NCBI GenBank assembly: GCA_964016885.1
Contig: OZ024744.1
Span: 38,998,001 to 39,062,000, forward strand
Direction: 5' to 3'
Source of the DNA: Eledone cirrhosa
Lineage: Eukaryota
DNA length: 64,000 nt
In this document: one piece after another, positions 52,590 through 64,000 of the stretch
Position numbering within the stretch: position 1 is the first letter of the stretch
Layout: each line of letters starts with the position of its first letter
Notes under the pieces: model-generated
What the model was told of the DNA's origin: nothing
The model's database searches: none
Seen by the model: the letters and a program-made list of their open reading frames with translations, nothing else
Program-made: the position numbers and the translations under genes

Positions 52590-52870
52590 CAACGGTACGC
52601 GATGGGGCCCACCCACAGCCCCGGCGGACAGAATGGAGAAGGCGTTTCCCCGGAGGACGGCAAGAGAGACGCGCTGAAAAAGCCACTCCAACTCGCGGGG
52701 CTCACACATGCGGCTGGCCAGCTCAGAGCTATGGTGGTGAGTAAGGAGGTAGCCCTGGGGCCGAGGACACCTGAAGTCTCCACTGCCAGGGGTACGACCG
52801 CAAATCTGTCGGAGAGCGACCGGTATTTGAGGAGTTTGGCCCCCCTCAACCCGACGTGCAACAGAACCTG
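52590..52870 (-). pseudogene. CRE-like non-LTR retrotransposon C-terminal restriction-like endonuclease fragment
   Basis: KYRSL..VVPLAVETSGVLGPRATSLL..FFQRVSLAVLRGNA. Confidence 0.7.
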
Positions 52871-53184
52871 GGTATATATTGGTATATTGAAGGTAGATAC
52901 GGAAAGTAAAAGAGTGTTGTCATATAGAGAGTGAAGAGAGACAGAGAGTAATGCAGTTAAATTACAGAGAGGGTGAAAGAGGGAGAGAGAAAGACGACTC
53001 TCAGCTTTATAATATTTGAGAGTGAAGAACGACAGATAGAGTAAAGCAGTTAAATTTTAGAGGGGGTGAATGATTTATTATAGAGATAGAGAAGAGCGAC
53101 GGAGAGAGTAAAGCTAAGAAACTATAGGGAGGTGTGTAGGATACATACATACATAATACACAAGACACGCAGCTTTATAATATT

Positions 53185-54835
53185 ATAGATATATGATGGC
53201 AGCAAACTCGTGTTTGAGCATTGCCATCGCCTGATAAAATGCTAAAGAATGTGAGGCACGAATGTGGCTCTTTAAACAAGCCAAAGACTTGCACCCTCTG
53301 GCACATATATGGCAACTGTAGGCTCCTCTGAGACTTTCCACTGCTTTGTTCTGGCTGTGTGTTCTCATGTGTCTTTTAAGACCTCCAATGTTAACACATT
53401 CCTTGCCACATTCCTTACACCTTTTCAGATTATAATCTACACGAGGTCTACTGATATGACTTTGTTCATGTCTAATCAAACCAGCTTTACTCAGGCAAAC
53501 TCGACCACAGTGCTGTCAAACCAGATGATGTTCAACAGCAGGCAGTTCAGAACAGTCTCCTTTCCTTACATTCCTTTTCAGTGTAAGGTGTTCTCTCCGA
53601 CGAGTTTCAAAGTGTTCACTACCTGACTTGATCAAACGTCTCCACTTCACTCACTCCCCAGCCATTTTCTCCCATTCGTCAGATGAAATTCCAGCACAAG
53701 CCCCTGACATAGTCCCGGTACCACATCTTTGGTTTATGTGGTGGTCACCTTCCTTCACACAGTTCTCCGTAGAGAAGTTGCTTTGGAATGCGATCATCAG
53801 ACATCAGGATCACGTGTCCACACCACCTCAATAGTCACGCACCTGCTCCGTTCGAGAACTTCGAAATCACTAACGAACATTTTACATCACACCCCAAGTA
53901 ACTTACGAAGAGATTGTTGGTGAAGACTCTCCAGTTCCATGAGGTGTGTTTTCTGTATGTGACCCACGTTTCGCAAGTAAAAAGCAAAGAGGAGACGACA
54001 GAAGTCAGATATACTTTCACCTTGGTTTCGATAGTGATACCTCCTCTGGACCATAAACGTTCATGCAGCCGTCCAAGAGCATCACTGGCTTTCTTGATTC
54101 TTAAGGATATTTCATCATCAAGTGTGCACGAGTTGTTCAGCGTATTACCAAGGTACACAAACTTGTCAGCAACTTTTAGCCTCTTTCCGTACACGTTCAC
54201 AGTTGGTGTAGTGTACTCTTTTCTAGGTGCTGGCTGATACGTCACAACAGTCTTTGCCAAGCTTATTGTGAGGTCCAAAGCGCTGCAAGCTTCAGAAATA
54301 GAGTTCATAATATGCTGCATGTCACTTCGTGAGTGTGCAAAAAGATCGCAGTCATCTGCATACAAAAACTCTTGGATTATAGATGTTAATATCTTTGTGC
54401 TTACACCAAAGCGCCTGGTGTTGAACAACCTTCCAGAAGTGTGATACCTGATGTAGACTCCATGTGAACAATTCTTCCTGAATGCCATGAGAAACACTAT
54501 CGTAAAATATGCGGAAAACAGAATTGGAGCTGGAATGTCCTCCTGCTTCACTCCATTTTCAACTGATATTGGTTCAGAGATGCTACCACCAATACTGACC
54601 CAAACTTTCATGTCATCCTGAAAAAGACGCAGAATCTTCACAAACTTTGGTCCACAATACAGTTCGACTGACGGTGTCAAAGGCCTTTGTCAAGTCAACA
54701 AAGACCTGGGAAAGGTCCATACATTGTTCAATACTTTTCTTACAGCTGCCGAGCAGAAAAGATCATATCCACTGTTCCTCTTTTGTTTCTGAACCCACAC
54801 TGAGACTCAGGCAACACATTCAGAGCAGCCCTTGA
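53185..54835 (-). mobile_element. Third RTE-clade LINE fragment (RT C-terminal half + tandem C2H2 fingers)
   Basis: GVKQE..YADD (53835-54680); CKECGKEC..H..H and CHICARGC..H (53183-53479); same 3' hairpin. Confidence 0.88.
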
Positions 54836-54990
54836 AACCAATCTATCCATGCGTCGAATAAATCAAATAATTTATTTGAAACACCTTACCTGAAAATAAG
54901 GTGAATACTTGTCACTATTCTAAATTAAATTAAACATCTAGACCAGATCCACGAAAACACCCTACTGATCTTTCCCGGCTTTTTTCTTTA

Positions 54991-55052
<62 letters not shown>

Positions 55053-56228
55053 GAACTGTTCTGATGCTCGATTCTTACTCACAGAATAAAACTTCTGTAT
55101 TTGTGGGCATTTGTGTGTGAGTGTGTGTGTGTGTGAGCGCGCGCGCGTGTGTGTGTGCGCGCGCGTGTGTGAGCGCGTATGTGTGTGTGTGTGCGCGCGC
55201 GTGTGTGGGCATATGTAGCAATATGACGCTCGTTAGCTCATCCTATCTTAAATTACTTCCATCAAAGATCATTGAAACTGTTTGCTAATAACGTTTCATG
55301 TGAAAAGTATTCATCTTATAAAAGTGATCAATTCAAACTGCTGCTGGACTGAAATATCTCTCTAAAAGCATGTTAGTTGTTATCGAGTTAATGATGAAGC
55401 CTCTATGTGGTTGATTACCTACAAGCGTTGACAAATAATCCATTTGTCAATACAAAAATAAAAGAACATAAATGCAAGCCCATAGAGGGACACATATTCA
55501 TTTCACAGGACATTCAGATACAGAGGGACAGACATTATTTCACAGGACATTCAAACGTAGATGTATATATACGGCTGGGTCTACACACGCTAGTTAACAA
55601 ATTTGATTACTATGCTGTTCTTTTTTTTAATTTCTTTCTTTTTATTTTTACGCATCGCTGACATTCTGCCGACCAACCAACTCCATTTTCCCCTGACCTG
55701 AAATCTCAAATAGCAATCCATTCCCTTCGTCCATTATTACCACCACTTTTTAATAAAAACCTACTAGCATTTTATTTGTATTTTTTATCATCTCTCTTCT
55801 TTATCTCAAAAACGACCTTATGCCCGAAACGTTGATACTTTTTTTCCTTTTTACGCGACTTTCATTTTAATTTTTATATATATTTTATTAGATTAGATTT
55901 TAGGTTGCCGATGCATAGCCACAACAAATTTCTCTGATTCTGTATGTTATACCTGACACAGACTAACAGTCAAATAGTTGTTTATCGAGTCAACGAGAAA
56001 GCTTTTAAGCAGTCGTTCGACCTGCTAGTAAAGGCAGCCATACCGTTACTAAATCACACTCAACTATTTCAAGATAATGGGATGGAAACCCATTGGATAA
56101 TATCGTCCTCAGAATGAAAAGAAAGGTGGGCAGATCACGGTTAGAACGCTTTCATCGTAGCCCTACTCGATTGGACATGATCTGGTGGTAAACATAACAA
56201 CCAGGAGTGTATTATTTGTAATTTTTTA

Positions 56229-56422
56229 GGGCGGTGAATTGGCAGTATCGGTAGAGGGTCGGACGCCATGCTTTGACGCATAGATATACGGCCCTTGCCA
56301 TTCTGAGTTCAAATCCCGCCGAGGTTAACTTTGCCTTTCATCCTTACGGGGGTCGATAAAATAAAGTACCAGTAATACACTGGGAAATTGCTGGCCTTGT
56401 GCCAAAAAGTAGAAACAATTAT
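56229..56422 (+). mobile_element. Full-length SINE with TSD
   Basis: TSD attatttgtaatttttt at 56211 and 56418. Confidence 0.9.
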
Positions 56423-56849
56423 TTGTAATTTTTTTTTTTTTTTTCAACTAAAGAACAAAGATTTCTCTGGGCTCATTGAACATTTAGTCTTCAGCCAGTC
56501 ATATCCAATTTTTTTTATATCTCACCTGAAAGAATAAATAAAAATTAATGAAAACATACCAATTATATATACAATCGAGGTTACTTCTGTGTTTTTATTA
56601 GTATTAGTCTTTATAAAATAACTATATAAAGTGACTGAATGGTTTCTGGCATTATGGCAAACAGAGAACTTATTTGATATGGCTATTCGTCTGAAACAGA
56701 GCATGTTGAGCTCGTTATACAGTTAATAAATAAGCATTGCAAAGGAATGGCTTTAGGGATGAGGTAGAAAAAAAGAATTAAAAAATCAGATACAGCGTAA
56801 AAATGACTTGAATTGCCAGGGTGTGTAGTTAAACAGAGAGCATGAACCA

Positions 56850-57120
<271 letters not shown>

Positions 57121-57401
57121 ACCTCTTTGCCTACGATTAATACTGGCGTCCGCTCGAACATTCCGGCTCGAGATGGTCATTTTTTTAACCTTTATTGTTA
57201 TATTTTTATTTTTATTTTCACTCCAAGAAAGACAACCCCGTGGTTGACCCCAGCCTGTTCACATGATGAGTTATGTTGAATAACGATGTGGTCTGCTGGG
57301 AAGGAAACGTAAATTTTTACATGTGTGCCTATGTGCATTTTGTTGAGGGTTATGAGCACTGCAGCAATAATTCTATTTTGCTGTTGTAGCAAGTTCTAGT
57401 T

Positions 57402-57452
<51 letters not shown>

Positions 57453-57528
57453 GCTGATGCTGCTGATGATGATAGTGGTGTGGCTATTATTGTCACTGCT
57501 GTGCTGTTGACGGTGGCGCTGCTGTTAA

Positions 57529-57705
57529 TTATTGTTGCTACTTTTGGCACAAGGCCAGCAATTATCCCAGTGTATTACTGGTACTTTATTTTATCGACCC
57601 CGTAAGGATGAAAGGCAAAGTTAACCTCGGTGGAATTTGAACTCAGATCATAAAGGGCCGTAACTCTTTGCTGCAAAGCATGGCGTCCGACCCTCTACTG
57701 ATACT
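57529..57705 (-). mobile_element. tRNA-derived SINE
   Basis: Reverse complement of the SINE consensus. Confidence 0.85.
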
Positions 57706-57984
57706 GAATAATGATGCTGTTTTTGTAGTCACTGAATGGGTACCTGAGCTTTTTCCTTTCCATTTCCATGACCAGCTCGGATTTTGTGTGGTGGGGTGTT
57801 TCCTGATCTATCTTGACCAGGAGCTCCATCCCTATCACCGAGAAGGTAGCCTCACCACTTCTACGATAGTCATCTCATCTATTTCTAATGGCATATATAT
57901 AAATATATATATATATATATAAAATATTAAAAAAATAATGAATAAAACAATGAAACAGTTCCTTATATTAAACAAAAAAAGTTC

Positions 57985-58131
57985 ATTACTTAACGATCGT
58001 TTCTAGGACATATATGTGTTAGAATTGGCATGCATATTCAAAAGATCTATGTACAAAATTATACAAAATTATACAAACTATCAAATAGAATATACATACC
58101 AACACATACATATGCCGTCTTCAGAAATAAT
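57985..58131 (-). ncRNA. Type I hammerhead ribozyme with ~115-nt stem II (family M)
   Basis: Mirror of 58373-58519. Confidence 0.8.
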
Positions 58132-58372
58132 GAAATATATTTATTGATAATAACAACAATTCAAAATTACATTGTTCAAAATAACGAGGGCGGTGGATTG
58201 GCAGTGTCGGTAGAGGGTCGGACGCCATGCTTTCCAGCATAGTTACGTCCCTTTACGATCTGAGTTCAAATCCCGCCGAGGTTGACTTTGCCTTTCATCC
58301 TTACGGGGTCGATAAAATAAAGTACCAGTAATGCACTGGATAATTGCTGGCCTTATGCCTAAAGTAGAAACA

Positions 58373-58519
58373 ATTATTTCTGAAGACGGCATATGTATGT
58401 GTTGGTATGTATATTCTATTTGATAGTTTGTATAATTTTGTATAATTTTGTACATAGATCTTTTGAATATGCATGCCAATTCTAACACATATATGTCCTA
58501 GAAACGATCGTTAAGTAAT
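58373..58519 (+). ncRNA. Type I hammerhead ribozyme with ~115-nt stem II (family M)
   Basis: attattt-CTGAAGA-cggcatatgtatgtgtt...aacacatatatgtccta-GAAA-cgatcg-TT-aagtaat. Confidence 0.8.
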
Positions 58520-58716
58520 GAACTTTTTTTGTTTAATATAAGGAACTGTTTCATTGCTTTATTCATTATTTTTTTAATATTTTATCTTGACTCTGTATTC
58601 CGTTTATCTTTCACCGAAAGTGATTTTTGAATGCATCTCTTCTTTCCATGATATCCGGATTACATTGAGTTCTTCATACGGATTGGACACTACCGTAAAC
58701 TTTTGGTAGATTTATC

Positions 58717-58802
<86 letters not shown>

Positions 58803-58899
58803 ACATATACCCTCGACCCCGATAACAAATAACAAACAGAATTTAAAAAAAAACATCATATGAACCAACATTAACATTGAGTAACATTAGGAGTGAACA

Positions 58900-60060
58900 T
58901 AATAAAATCAATCAACATAGATCAACTTAAACACCTGTCCAAGCTGGACACGGACTAGCAGCTCCTTGAAAGAATAAATAAATAACTAAGTGCACTGTAA
59001 CAAATTCTCTCCCCTGAAACAAATGACCTAAATAGCAACAGACTGAATGATCTAATCTATTGAATCGCAATGGTAGTAAGTGGGGAGACCAGGCTTTAGC
59101 TTAATCGTCAGACATTCTACATCTTATCCGTCTGCACCTACCCATTCACAAAATGAAAATAACATATAGTACATAAAATCGGAAAAAAAACCTGTCCTTA
59201 CTGGACGTTTTGGAAAATGAAGGACCCAAACTGAAAAGGATATCAACAAAAAAGTCTTCACTCTGAAAGCAAAAGAAAAGATTAAATATATTATCTGAGC
59301 AAAAGCATGCAGGATAAGACGATTCAAAGAAACATCAAAGCTTCTTCCAAGAAAACTAGATATTTGAATCAAATACCAACAAATTTTACGGGAACTTTAA
59401 TGAACAAGCATTATATTGAGGAACACCAACAGAAATCCAAGCACAATGAGAATTAATATGGAACAACAACAATAAATAAAATAAAACATGGACCACTATA
59501 AACGGCGACACACCAACAGATCAAGAACTGCAAGCAACTGGAAAAGCCCAGACTGAAACATCTGGCTAGTATCTATGGATGTGTTGTAGCGGCATTCAAC
59601 GAAGTGCTAAACCGAACAGAATCAATATCTGAGGAAAACAATATCTAAGGAAAACAAATATAATTTCAAAAAGCAAAACAAAAATATCAAAGACGCCAAA
59701 GCAACATACCTATAACTTGTCTGCCAACATACTAAGCTCTTACTCCATACTTTATAATTTTCTGGTTACTTACCTCGAGAGCAATAATGCATTGTGAGAG
59801 GAGCAGAAAGGGTGACGAAGAGGAACGTATGAGCTAGTATGAAAGGAAGAAAAGCAGAATTCGAACTTTGGTATGGCTTGTATGAATTACCGAAAATATA
59901 CCACACTCTTCTATACTGGAATAACTCCATATAAATAAAGCAGACCCAAGACTAACCACAAAATACCATTAGGCAAAGAGAGTATAAATAAAAATACCCA
60001 CAAGATTAGGAATCTTCCAGGACACATCATATCCTCTACAGTTTCGTTTGAATTTGACTC
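58900..60060 (+). mobile_element. Heavily degraded R4/Dong-like non-LTR RT remnant
   Basis: Fragments SNWKSP, PITCLPT, EEQKG*RRG, GMACMNYRKY (~MAWIDYRKAY). Confidence 0.55.
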
Positions 60061-60095
60061 CTTTAACAAATCTGTTGACTGAAACCACCAAAGAA

Positions 60096-60135
60096 GCTGA
60101 CAGATCTGTTTCACACTATTGGTGTTCCTCAGAGC
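60096..60135 (-). ncRNA. Type I hammerhead ribozyme (family N)
   Basis: gct-CTGAGGA-acac caata gtgt-GAAA-cagatctg-TC-agc. Confidence 0.85.
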
Positions 60136-60349
60136 AACGTACTCGCCGACATCTGCCGAAAATTATAGAAGCTCGATTCTTATAGAATTCCACTAATAAT
60201 TTGGTGTACATCGCTATTTCAGAGTACCTATCCTAATTTTAAATGTTTTCTGGACCGGCAATCGCTCTGTATAATCAGTTCCTGATTATTACTGGAATTC
60301 TATAAGAATCCAGCTTCTATAATTTTCGACAGAGGTCGGCGAGTATGTT

Positions 60350-60389
60350 GCTCTGAGGAACACCAATAGTGTGAAACAGATCTGTCAGC
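60350..60389 (+). ncRNA. Type I hammerhead ribozyme (family N)
   Basis: gct-CTGAGGA-acac caata gtgt-GAAA-cagatctg-TC-agc; inverted repeat 60092-60200/60285-60393; tail to 60505 matches 45150-45250. Confidence 0.87.
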
Positions 60390-60511
60390 TTCTCTCCCTT
60401 CCTTTGCTGAAAAAAGAAGTGACATAGTCACTACTTTAAAATGATAGCGCAAGGTCTTCAAAATGTTTTTAATTAAACATACGGTATATTGCCAAATATA
60501 CTATACATACA

Positions 60512-60633
<122 letters not shown>

Positions 60634-61897
60634 CGCTTGCCAAACATCTCGGAAGTTGTTTTTCGCTAATTTCCAATAGCCGAAATACGATTCTCGCTAA
60701 TTTATATTTGTATATATATATATTATTAAAATAACAGGTTAAAGTTTAAGCAAAGAATCGCTGCTTTCATCCTTAACGGGATCTTCTGAAACTAAAAAAG
60801 TCAATCTTTGAACGCATCAGTAAATATTTCAAAAAACGTTGCAACCGAAGGAAGACAAGAAGACAATACTTTGGTTCGGGGAAACGTTCCCTGGCAAAGA
60901 ACGGAAAAAAAACGAAGATAATACGTCATTATTTGATGCAGTGAAAACAATTACGTGCGAAGACAAAACCACGTTTAAGGTATAAATGAAGTCGTAGACT
61001 AATGTTCTCTTAGGTGGTTCATAGAGACGTTCTCTGGCAATGAACGGAAAAAACGAAGATAATACGTCATTATGTGGAACAATGAGAACAATTGGACGCA
61101 AAGACAAAACCACGTAAATGGTATAGCTGAAGTCGTAGACTAAAATTCTAACTAGGAAACCGAATGAATCTCCGCTTCAGAGTTAAGAATAAAGTAAAAT
61201 ACAATACAGAGGTAATAGAAATTAAATATATACATACACGCATGCAAATACGTACATACACAAGCATACGCGAAAACACGTGCCATAGGTATACAAAACC
61301 ACGCACATATAAATATGTGCGCGTGTGTGTGCGTGTATAAATAATTAAATAAACGTATATAAATAAATAAATACGTATATAACAAGCGCACACACATACC
61401 TACGTGTAAGTACACAAATGTTCGGAGATGTAAGTCAACCAAAACATGAAGTACACATATACACACACCCTACATACGTACGAACCTGCATACTCACACA
61501 GACGCAAAACTCCCGTATACACAACCAAACCAAATGTACCAGAATATATAAAAAATTATACGCCATAACATATACAATCAAATATACGTACGAGAAAGTA
61601 TACGTACCTTCACAAAACATACAGGTAATATATACTTACCTATGCAAATAAGTAATGGTATAAACAAAACATATACTTAGCTACCACATCAAGACGTAAA
61701 ATATTCACGTATAGATCGTACTATCCGTTAGGATATAACGTGGGCTGTAATATATATTATTATTAGAAAGTCTTTTTTTTTACAAAATGAAAAATAACCG
61801 AGGTGTCCTACACGAGTGAAAGTATAAAGAAAAAAAGATGAAATCGAAAATTCAACTGGAGTCTTATTTTTTTTTAAATATATATATTTATTTGGTT

Positions 61898-61934
61898 CCT
61901 TTACCGGTTTCGCAGTTCTTCTGCTTTTTAAAAG
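61898..61934 (-). ncRNA. Hammerhead-like variant related to family K
   Basis: ctt-TTAAAAA-gcag aagaa ctgc-GAAA-ccgg-TA-aag. Confidence 0.5.
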
Positions 61935-62992
61935 TATGGTTGAGGTGGAAGGTCTGTGGTTTTTCTCACATCTGGTTGGTCTTTGAATGTTACTTGTTTT
62001 ATATGGAAAAAAAGTGGCTCGAAACGCCAGGTTTTTAGAGAAGTAATTTGATTGGTTGGTCAATAATTATAATAAATTTCGCGCCAGTTCGCGTTACAAA
62101 GTTTTTCAAACAAGGGGGGGGGGGGTCTCAGGTTGTTTTTTCATATATGAGTGAAGTTTGGTTGGTTGATGCAGTCACGTGAATAAGCACATCAGCTTTC
62201 GCGTCAGTTTGTTTGAATTTCTTTTTACTTTAAAAATAGTGGCTCAGGAAGGCTTTTTTTTAATAAATGTAATTTGATTGGTTATAAATGAAATTATGAC
62301 TGTCACGTGAACAAGTTCATTAAATTTCGCACCCGTATTTGGGAATTTATTTTGTAGCCTTTTAGAGAATTTTATGACAAACAAAAGATAATGGTCAAGA
62401 GAAATGGGATGGGAGAATTGTTCTGGTTCAGTGAATATGGCTGGTTTGCAAAAGGAAAAGTGGGTATGTTTAGGAAGTCTTACAAGGAAAAAAACACGGA
62501 AGGGAATTTATAAAGGTGAGGTAGATCGCAAAGAGTTGGGGAAATAAAAAGACAATATATTACTGATTGTTACTGAAGCAACGTATTTGTCCGAATATTT
62601 CGGATTTATGTCCGAATATTTCGGATTTACCATCTATTATCAAGGAGGAACCGTGGGGGAAAACCTCGTCTGTGTCTAGACGATAAACAGCCCCTGATGC
62701 GAGTTAGCGCGTATACATGTGTTTAAATCAATACAACGGCAATTCCAAAATAAACAGTGACCAGAAAAGACAATCTCAGATTTCTCCAAGGTTTTTGCAA
62801 TGGGACCCCTTGATAATAGATGGTAAATCCGAAATGTTTGAACTAATAGATTATCAAGGTAACAATCAACCATTCCTTGTTTACTTTCTCTTCCCACTTG
62901 CTTTCTACCTCACCTCTCTCAATTCTCTTCCAGCTGGTTGCATTGGTATTTCCAACCCACATGCATTGTACGGTTTTCTAAACATATACACC

Positions 62993-63023
<31 letters not shown>

Positions 63024-63127
63024 ATGTGTGTGTGTGTGTGTGTGTGTGCGTGCGTGTGCGTGCGTGTGTGTGTGCGCGCGCGCGAAATGTTGTTAAGACA
63101 ATGTTACACTTACATTATTATTTTATT

Positions 63128-63203
63128 GCATAATATATATTTCAGTGACATGGTTGTGCAATGTTCATAACTTTGACAGTCTTTATGTGGCATCATCAGA
63201 TGC
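63128..63203 (-). ncRNA. Type I hammerhead ribozyme (family B-like, long stem II)
   Basis: gcat-CTGATGA-tgccacat...atgtcact-GAAA-tatata-TT-atgc. Confidence 0.75.
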
Positions 63204-63368
63204 TCATACAATTTTGAGGTGTAGTTATGCAAATATGCAGATATGCCGCTGATAATATATTACCATCTTGGTGTGATGCGAGCGAACGTATGCTTTTGGA
63301 TTGCTTAAACCGGTTTATCTTCCCGGATAAACACCCTTATTATCTGCACTATATATATATATATATAT

Positions 63369-63564
63369 GAACGAGTAGGACCCCGACGGCTGAGCTCAAG
63401 CCGTTTCGACGGCTAATTCTGGACTCAGTCCAGAATTAGCCGTCGAAACGGCTTGAGCTTAGCCGTCGGGGTCCTACTCGTTCCTATTACCCACTCTACT
63501 ACCCTAAGTATTGAGTACTTTGGTGCGTTATGGTTCACCTGGTTCCTTACCACATTTCTTCCGT

Positions 63565-63566
<2 letters not shown>
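63369..63566 (+). mobile_element. Fold-back family C mini-insertion (near-perfect ~115-bp palindrome + tail)
   Basis: Palindrome centred near 63426; 3' half of HHR in both arms; (TA)n on both sides. Confidence 0.85.
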
Positions 63567-63595
<29 letters not shown>

Positions 63596-64000
63596 CTCTT
63601 CTTTGATCACATTATTTACAGGCAATGGCGAGAGTCTATGGCTCCGTTAATTTATCGTGATATTTCGCTCCTTATAACAGTGGTTTTGGGCTGCCCTTTC
63701 TAGGAGCTCATCCCTCAGAGGCCACAGGTTCACTGCCCTTAAACACGCTGTGACTTCTCTCTCCCACGTGTAGCTGGACAGTCACTTTAAAATTCTCTTA
63801 GTGTTGTCTGAAGTGTATAGCCTAACACACGCTGACGAACTGGGGTTATTTTATTTCTGTCAACAACTTACTGGCGAAACAGATCTCTTTGGATTTGTAC
63901 GTGTGTTATATAGTTATAGAGGTATTTATTTACGCTTTAATTTATATTTTTAATTATCGTGTGTCTACTCTGCCTTTCATAGGTTATAGATCCCATACAC

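Larger units (their letters stand above)
57920..58585. mobile_element. Fold-back pLTR unit (family M) with a SINE (58188-58376) in the loop
   Basis: Near-perfect inverted repeat 57920-58131/58373-58584. Confidence 0.85.

Noticed and set aside
53183-53479. Host C2H2 zinc-finger gene
   Set aside because: Collinear with RTE RT and directly followed by the RTE 3' hairpin
61149-61186. taact-CTGAAG..agtta hammerhead-like fold (minus)
   Set aside because: Core incomplete and GAAA missing

Overview
AT-rich, microsatellite-dense eukaryotic DNA, most likely from an octopod cephalopod (inferred from the abundant tRNA-derived SINE and the repeat landscape). No host protein-coding exon could be supported; most of the ORF track is translation of (TA)n/(CA)n/(GA)n repeats. 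The window is a nest of transposons. Penelope-like elements (PLEs; RT + GIY-YIG) of several clades dominate, including a 7-kb inverted-repeat element and a near full-length tandem Neptune-type element. There are also RTE, CR1-like, Tx1/L1-like, CRE-like and R4/Dong-like LINE remnants, a Tigger/pogo remnant, a probable non-autonomous Helitron and about 12 SINE copies. The main signal not shown in the ORF track is about 28 type I hammerhead ribozyme (HHR) motifs read by eye, from roughly 14 distinct sequence families. They include stem II covariation between copies, 45-115 nt stem II insertions and recurrent core variants (CUGAGAA, CCGAAGA, UUGANAA). Many sit back-to-back in coding-free fold-back mini-elements next to (TA)n tracts. 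HHRs in PLE pseudo-LTRs (pLTRs) are known; their density and diversity here, and these fold-back units, are the parts worth testing. All folds and family assignments were made by inspection, without database searches.
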